64,000 nt of DNA from Spirochaetia bacterium. GTDB lineage: Bacteria; Spirochaetota; Spirochaetia; SZUA-6; Bin103. The position numbers were made by a program, and so were the translations under genes. Under the pieces are notes generated by a model that searched no databases, had not been told where the DNA came from, and was given only the letters and a program-made list of their open reading frames with translations. This document shows positions 59,178 through 64,000 of the stretch, in pieces; position 1 is the first letter of the stretch; every line of letters starts with the position of its first letter. The stretch is from positions 3,648,001-3,712,000 of the forward strand of contig OZ241907.1 of the NCBI GenBank assembly GCA_965203515.1, given 5' to 3'.

Positions 59178-61432
59178 TGCCTGCGTCAGGTGCGAGCGCA
59201 CCGACCGGTGCCAAGGTCGACGCGGCGCTGAAGCGGGCGCGTACGGCCCGCGCGGCCCCTTCCCGGCGCCGCATTCGCACCCCGGTGCTGCTGCAGCTCA
59301 CCGAGACCGAGTGCGGAGCCGCGTGCCTGGGGATCGTGCTTGCGCACTTCGGGCGCTGGGTCTCCATCGAGGAGTTGCGGGAAGTCTGCTCGGTCGGCCG
59401 GGACGGCTGCAGCGCGGCCGACATCTTCCGGGCCGCGCGGCGGTACGGCCTGGAGACGAAAGGATGGCGCCGGCAGCCGAAACAGCTCCTCAAGATGCCG
59501 CTGCCGATGATCATCTTCTGGGAGTTCCACCACTTCGTGGTCCTGGAAGGATTCCGCGGCGGCCGGTTCCTGATCAACGATCCGGCCAACGGCCACCGAA
59601 CGGTCAGCGAGGAGGATTTCGACCAGGCGTTCACGGGGGTGACGTTGACGTTCGAGCCGCGGCCCGGGTTCCAGCCCGGCGGCATCCGCCCCGGCCTCCT
59701 GTACCGGATCGTGCCGTGGCTGCGCGACGTCAAGAAGCCGCTCGCGTTCGCCGCGTGCTGCGGGCTGCTGCTGGCCCTGCCGTCCCTTGCCATGCCGTTC
59801 CTGGTGAGCCTGTTCGTCGACTACGTGCTCTCCGGGCGCGAGCCGTCCTGGGGCGGAGTGCTGATCGGAGCCCTCCTCGCCGCCGCCGGTCTGCTCTACC
59901 TCCTCACCTGGCTGCGCGGCCGCTGTCTCCGACTGCTCTCCGTGCGCCTCTCGGTCGACTACGCCTCGCGCTTCATGACTCGGCTGCTCCGGCTTCCCAT
60001 GCGGTTCTTCACGCAGCGCCTGGATGGCGAACTGACGGCCCGTATCCAGTTGGTCGACTCGGTCTCGGACGTGGCCACGCGCCACTTGGTCGGCATCGCA
60101 ATCGAGATCGTCACCAGCTTGGCGTTCCTGGCACTGATGCTGGCGTACGACCCGCTGCTCGCCGCCGTGATCGTGGTGCTGGGCGTGCTCAGCGCCGTGG
60201 TCATGCGCCTCCTGGCCAGCGTGCGCGTGGATGAGAACCGCCGGCTCAGGCGCGAGCAGGGCATGCTCTTCGGGATCGGCATGTTCGGCGTCGGCAAGAT
60301 CGACACCCTGCAGGCGACCGGCGTCGAGGACGAGTTCTTTGCCCGCTGGACCGGGTACCAGGCGCGGGAGCTGCTCGCCCGGCAACGGTTCATGGAGTTG
60401 GGCTACGTCAACGCGTCCCTGCCGGTACTGTTCCTGGTCCTGGGCAATGCGGCCGTGCTCGGCATCGGCGGCTTGCGCGCGATGTCGGGCGACATGACCG
60501 TCGGTATGCTGACGGCGTTCTACATGGCGGCGGTCAACTTCCTGATGCCGGTCGGACGCTTCATCCAGTTCGCGGACATGTTTCAGATTCTGGAAGCGGA
60601 CCTGCAGCGCCTCGACGACGTGTTCGACGCGTCCGAGGACAGCGACTTCGAGCGCGATTCCGACACCGCCTCCGGGGATCGTATCCTGACCCTTGGCGGG
60701 CGGCTGCGGCTCAAGGGCCGGATCGAGTTGCGCGGCATCACCTTCGGCTACCAGCAAAACCGCGAACCCCTGCTCAAGGACTTCAACCTCACCGTCGAGC
60801 CCGGGCAGCGCGTAGCGATCGTCGGCCCCAGCGGGTCCGGCAAGTCGACGCTGTCGTCGCTGGTGGCCGGCGTCCACCAGCCGTGGGAGGGCGAGGTGCG
60901 GATCGACGGGCACCCGCGCAGCGCGATTCCGCGTGAGCTGCTGACCAGCTCGGTCTCCCTGGTCGACCAGCACATCTTTCTGTTCGCGGGCACGGTGCGC
61001 GAGAACCTGACCATGTGGCTCCCGGACGTGCCGGACCAGAACCTGGTGGCGGCCGCGCAGGACGCGTTCATTCACGAAGAGATCATCTCCCGGCCGCTCG
61101 GCTACGATGCGCCGGTCGACGAAGATGGCCGCAACTTCAGCGGCGGCCAGCGGCAGCGGCTGGAGATCGCGCGCGCCCTGGTCAACGATCCGTCGGTGCT
61201 GATTCTGGACGAGGCGACCTCCTCGCTCGACACGATCACGGAGGTCCGCATCGATGACGCCCTGCGGCGCCGCGGGTGCGCCTGCCTCATCGTCGCCCAT
61301 CGGCTGAGCACCATTCGCGACTGCGATCTGATCGTCGTCCTCGAACGGGGGCGGGAGGTGCAGCGGGGCACCCATCAGGAGCTGATGGAGGAGACCGGCG
61401 GGCTGTACCGCCAGCTCTTGGAGACGAGCTGA
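59177..61432 (+). CDS. NHLP-family bacteriocin export ABC transporter, C39 peptidase/permease/ATPase
   Basis: TPVLLQLTETECGAACL, CSVGRDG, HFVV, INDP, GPSGSGKST, FSGGQRQRLEIARAL, ILDEATS. Confidence 0.93.
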   Translation: MPASGASAPTGAKVDAALKRARTARAAPSRRRIRTPVLLQLTETECGAACLGIVLAHFGRWVSIEELREVCSVGRDGCSAADIFRAARRYGLETKGWRRQPKQLLKMPLPMIIFWEFHHFVVLEGFRGGRFLINDPANGHRTVSEEDFDQAFTGVTLTFEPRPGFQPGGIRPGLLYRIVPWLRDVKKPLAFAACCGLLLALPSLAMPFLVSLFVDYVLSGREPSWGGVLIGALLAAAGLLYLLTWLRGRCLRLLSVRLSVDYASRFMTRLLRLPMRFFTQRLDGELTARIQLVDSVSDVATRHLVGIAIEIVTSLAFLALMLAYDPLLAAVIVVLGVLSAVVMRLLASVRVDENRRLRREQGMLFGIGMFGVGKIDTLQATGVEDEFFARWTGYQARELLARQRFMELGYVNASLPVLFLVLGNAAVLGIGGLRAMSGDMTVGMLTAFYMAAVNFLMPVGRFIQFADMFQILEADLQRLDDVFDASEDSDFERDSDTASGDRILTLGGRLRLKGRIELRGITFGYQQNREPLLKDFNLTVEPGQRVAIVGPSGSGKSTLSSLVAGVHQPWEGEVRIDGHPRSAIPRELLTSSVSLVDQHIFLFAGTVRENLTMWLPDVPDQNLVAAAQDAFIHEEIISRPLGYDAPVDEDGRNFSGGQRQRLEIARALVNDPSVLILDEATSSLDTITEVRIDDALRRRGCACLIVAHRLSTIRDCDLIVVLERGREVQRGTHQELMEETGGLYRQLLETS

Positions 61433-64000
61433 TGGATGCGCCGGAGCACGGGAAGATGCGGCAGGCACCGGATCGGCTCGGCGAAATCGCGCTTTCGCAG
61501 GGCGAACCGTTCGTCGGCGGCGGCAACCGTCCGATCCGCCTGGCGGATCCCGACATGGTGTGGTACGTCGTCGAGGGCGCGATCGACGTGTTCGTCGCCG
61601 ATCACTCCGACGAGACGCCCTCGGACTTCAGGCAGCTCCTGCGCGCCGGGCCCGGACGGTTGGTCTTCGGCGCCGTCGAGGATGAGGGAATCACCTCGTC
61701 GGTCCACATCGCCAAGGGGCTGCCCGATACCAGTCTCCGTCGCGTCCCGCTTGCGGCGTTCGACGACCCGCAGGTCGCCGGGCTGCTGGCCGAGCAGGTC
61801 GAAGCCTGGATCGCGGACATAGCCGCCGCGCTTGCCCGTGAGGTGGTGCCGCGCCCGCGTCCCGAGCGCTTCCTGACCGCCGGCGAGGAAGTGGAAAGCG
61901 CGAGCGAACACGTGCTGTCGACCCGGCAGGGCGTGGTCTGGGTCTCCTGTCCGGAGGGGAATGCGGCGTTCGTCGACACCGGCGAGCCGACCGGCGACGG
62001 TCCCGGCTTCATCCCGGTCACCGTCCATAGCTGGATACGGCTGTTCCGCCCCTCCCGGCTGACCGTCACCTCTACCCAGGCGCTTGCAGCCGACGGCCTG
62101 CTGTTCGCCGCTCTGGCCGAGTTCCATCAGCTGGCGTTGTCCGCCGACCAGCTGAACCGGCAGCTGCTGATGGTCGACATGGCCAACATGCAGCGATCCC
62201 AGGTCCAGCACCGTCGCCAGAGCGAGAATCAGGCGCGCGACGACCTGTTCGACGTGCTGGAAGGCCGCCGGTCGCTGATCGCGGACAGCGGATCGGCGTT
62301 GATGGGCGCCCTCAAGCTGGTCGGCGACCACGAGGGCATCCGCTTCCAAGCGCCGCCCCGCCGGAAGGCAGCGGATGAGGAAGAGGCCGTCGATCTGACG
62401 GTGATACAGCGCGTGTCGGGGATACGCGCGCGCAAGATCAAGCTCGCCGTCGACGATCGCTGGTGGCTCGGCGACTCGGGCGCGATGCTGGCGTTTCGCC
62501 GCGAGTCCGGGAACCCGGTGGCGCTGATTCCGGGCGTGTCGGGGCGGTACCGCATGATCGACCCGGCGACCGGTCAAGCCGAGCGGGTCGACGCGCGCCG
62601 GGCCCGCGATCTCGATCCCGAGGCCCGCTTCTTCTACCGCGCGCTGCCGCGGGACGAAGCGGTTCGATCCGGTCCGCTGTTCCGCTTCGCGTTCCGGGGG
62701 CTCGGCAGGGAGCTGGCGCGCTTCATCCTGGCGGGAATTCTGGCCGGCCTCCTGATGCTGTCACCGGCGATCCTGCTCGGCATACTGGTCGAACGCGTGA
62801 TTCCGAGCCGGTCCGGCTTGCAGCTCCTGGGGATATCCTTGTCCATGATCCTGCTGGCGGTCCTCACGGCGCTCCTGCAGATTCTGCAGGGAACGGCCCT
62901 GATGCGGCTGGAGGCGCTGGCGGGCGCCCGAGTCGGCGCCGCGCTCTGGGACCGGATGCTCGGCTTGCCGCAGCGGTTCTTCCGCCGCTTTTCCGCTGGC
63001 GATCTGACCATGCGCGCCATGGCTGCCCAGGCGTTGCGCGATCAGGTGGCGGGCGTGGTCGCCAGCACTGTGCTGTCGGTACTCTTCCTGCTGCCGACGT
63101 TCATCCTGCTGTTCCTCTACAACGCCCGGATCGGCTGGCTCGGCTTGGGGTTGGGCTTGATCTCCCTGACGGTGACGTCGGTCTTCGGCATCCTGCAGCT
63201 ACCCCTGTACCGGCAGCTGTTGGCGACCGCCCGGAGCGTGGCAGGGAAGCTGCGGCAGTTGCTGAGCAGCATCAGCAAGCTCCGGTCGACCGGAGCGGAA
63301 GGGATCGGCTTCTCGGAGTGGGCGAAGGGCTATCGGCAACAGAAGCAGACCGAGATGCGGCTCGGCCGGCTGAACGAGCACCTGATCGCCTATCTCGCCG
63401 CCGCCCCGCTGCTGGCGGTGGCCGCGGTGTTCGCGGTCACGGTGTATAGCGGCGGCGAGACCATCCCCATCGGGGACTTCCTTACCGTCTACGCGGCCTT
63501 CATGGTATTCTACTCGGCGATCGCCCGGCTTGGCGGCTCGTTCTCCGCCGTGGCCTCTCTTCTGCCTTCATACCAGCAGGTGACTCCCATCCTGGAGGCG
63601 GTGCCGGGAACCGTCACCGAAGGCGAATCGCCGCCGGAGCTGAGCGGCGACGTCCGCATCGAACACGTAAACTTCAGCTACATCGAGGACGGTCCCCCGG
63701 TCCTCCAAGACGTCTCGATCCACGCCCGCGCCGGCGAGTTCGTGGCCATCGTGGGGGAATCGGGCGCCGGCAAGAGCACCCTGTTCCGGCTCGCGCTCGG
63801 GCTGGAGAAGCCGCTGTCGGGCGCCGTCTACTACGACGGGCGTGACTTGGCTCGCCTCAATACCCGCGAGGTGCGCAGCAGGATCAGCATGGTGGTGCAG
63901 GATGCGTCGATACGGCCCGGTACCGTGCTCGACAACATCATCGGACTGTCCGGCAACCTCACCGAGGAAGACGCGTGGCGGGCCGCCCGCCTGGCCGCCA
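61432..64000 (+). CDS. NHLP/NHLM bacteriocin system ABC transporter permease/ATPase without peptidase; partial, runs off the window
   Basis: Absent from the ORF track because no stop falls in the window. ATG 61432 overlaps the upstream TGA; MDAPEH..VWYVVEGAIDVF, WWLGDSGAMLAF, and in-frame Walker A GESGAGKST at ~63754. Confidence 0.9.
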   Translation, partial: MDAPEHGKMRQAPDRLGEIALSQGEPFVGGGNRPIRLADPDMVWYVVEGAIDVFVADHSDETPSDFRQLLRAGPGRLVFGAVEDEGITSSVHIAKGLPDTSLRRVPLAAFDDPQVAGLLAEQVEAWIADIAAALAREVVPRPRPERFLTAGEEVESASEHVLSTRQGVVWVSCPEGNAAFVDTGEPTGDGPGFIPVTVHSWIRLFRPSRLTVTSTQALAADGLLFAALAEFHQLALSADQLNRQLLMVDMANMQRSQVQHRRQSENQARDDLFDVLEGRRSLIADSGSALMGALKLVGDHEGIRFQAPPRRKAADEEEAVDLTVIQRVSGIRARKIKLAVDDRWWLGDSGAMLAFRRESGNPVALIPGVSGRYRMIDPATGQAERVDARRARDLDPEARFFYRALPRDEAVRSGPLFRFAFRGLGRELARFILAGILAGLLMLSPAILLGILVERVIPSRSGLQLLGISLSMILLAVLTALLQILQGTALMRLEALAGARVGAALWDRMLGLPQRFFRRFSAGDLTMRAMAAQALRDQVAGVVASTVLSVLFLLPTFILLFLYNARIGWLGLGLGLISLTVTSVFGILQLPLYRQLLATARSVAGKLRQLLSSISKLRSTGAEGIGFSEWAKGYRQQKQTEMRLGRLNEHLIAYLAAAPLLAVAAVFAVTVYSGGETIPIGDFLTVYAAFMVFYSAIARLGGSFSAVASLLPSYQQVTPILEAVPGTVTEGESPPELSGDVRIEHVNFSYIEDGPPVLQDVSIHARAGEFVAIVGESGAGKSTLFRLALGLEKPLSGAVYYDGRDLARLNTREVRSRISMVVQDASIRPGTVLDNIIGLSGNLTEEDAWRAARLAA

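Noticed and set aside
59186..61468. 760-aa minus-strand ORF and other long alternative-frame ORFs (for example 42657-45341, 40458-42515)
   Set aside because: Antisense shadows of well-supported genes in high-GC DNA.

Overview
High-GC bacterial window with no rRNA, tRNA or CRISPR array visible. (1) 1-18483: the 3' part of a giant (>6,100 aa in window) adhesin-like autotransporter with about 21 tandem 690-bp (230-aa) two-module repeats, then an Ig-like domain, Calx-beta domains and a beta-barrel; it is broken by clustered small deletions at about 4340-4440. (2) 18.5-22.6 kb: a stand-alone ABC-ATPase/TOPRIM gene (probable defence), creD, and a frameshifted gene whose strand pattern suggests an ABBA/PT-barrel (prenyltransferase-like) fold. 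(3) 22.7-27.5 kb: a cytochrome c oxidase operon (cupredoxin lipoprotein, I, III, IV, two small membrane proteins, II) whose subunit I lacks the K-channel lysine. (4) 27.5-58 kb: a catabolic region with Gfo/Idh/MocA oxidoreductases, a sulfatase, two non-canonical GH32-like proteins, an Asp-box sialidase-like protein, two PhyH dioxygenases, three His-box desaturase/hydroxylases, hydantoinase A/B, an enolase-family enzyme, aldolases and ABC permeases. It is interspersed with two MNT-HEPN pairs, vapBC and a truncated Rpn gene. (5) 58.2-64 kb: an NHLP/NHLM-type RiPP export trio running off the window end. The gene mix resembles marine-invertebrate (sponge) symbiont genomes, which is inference only. 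Several single-base frameshifts suggest residual long-read indel errors. All family calls come from motif recognition by eye; no database searches were run.
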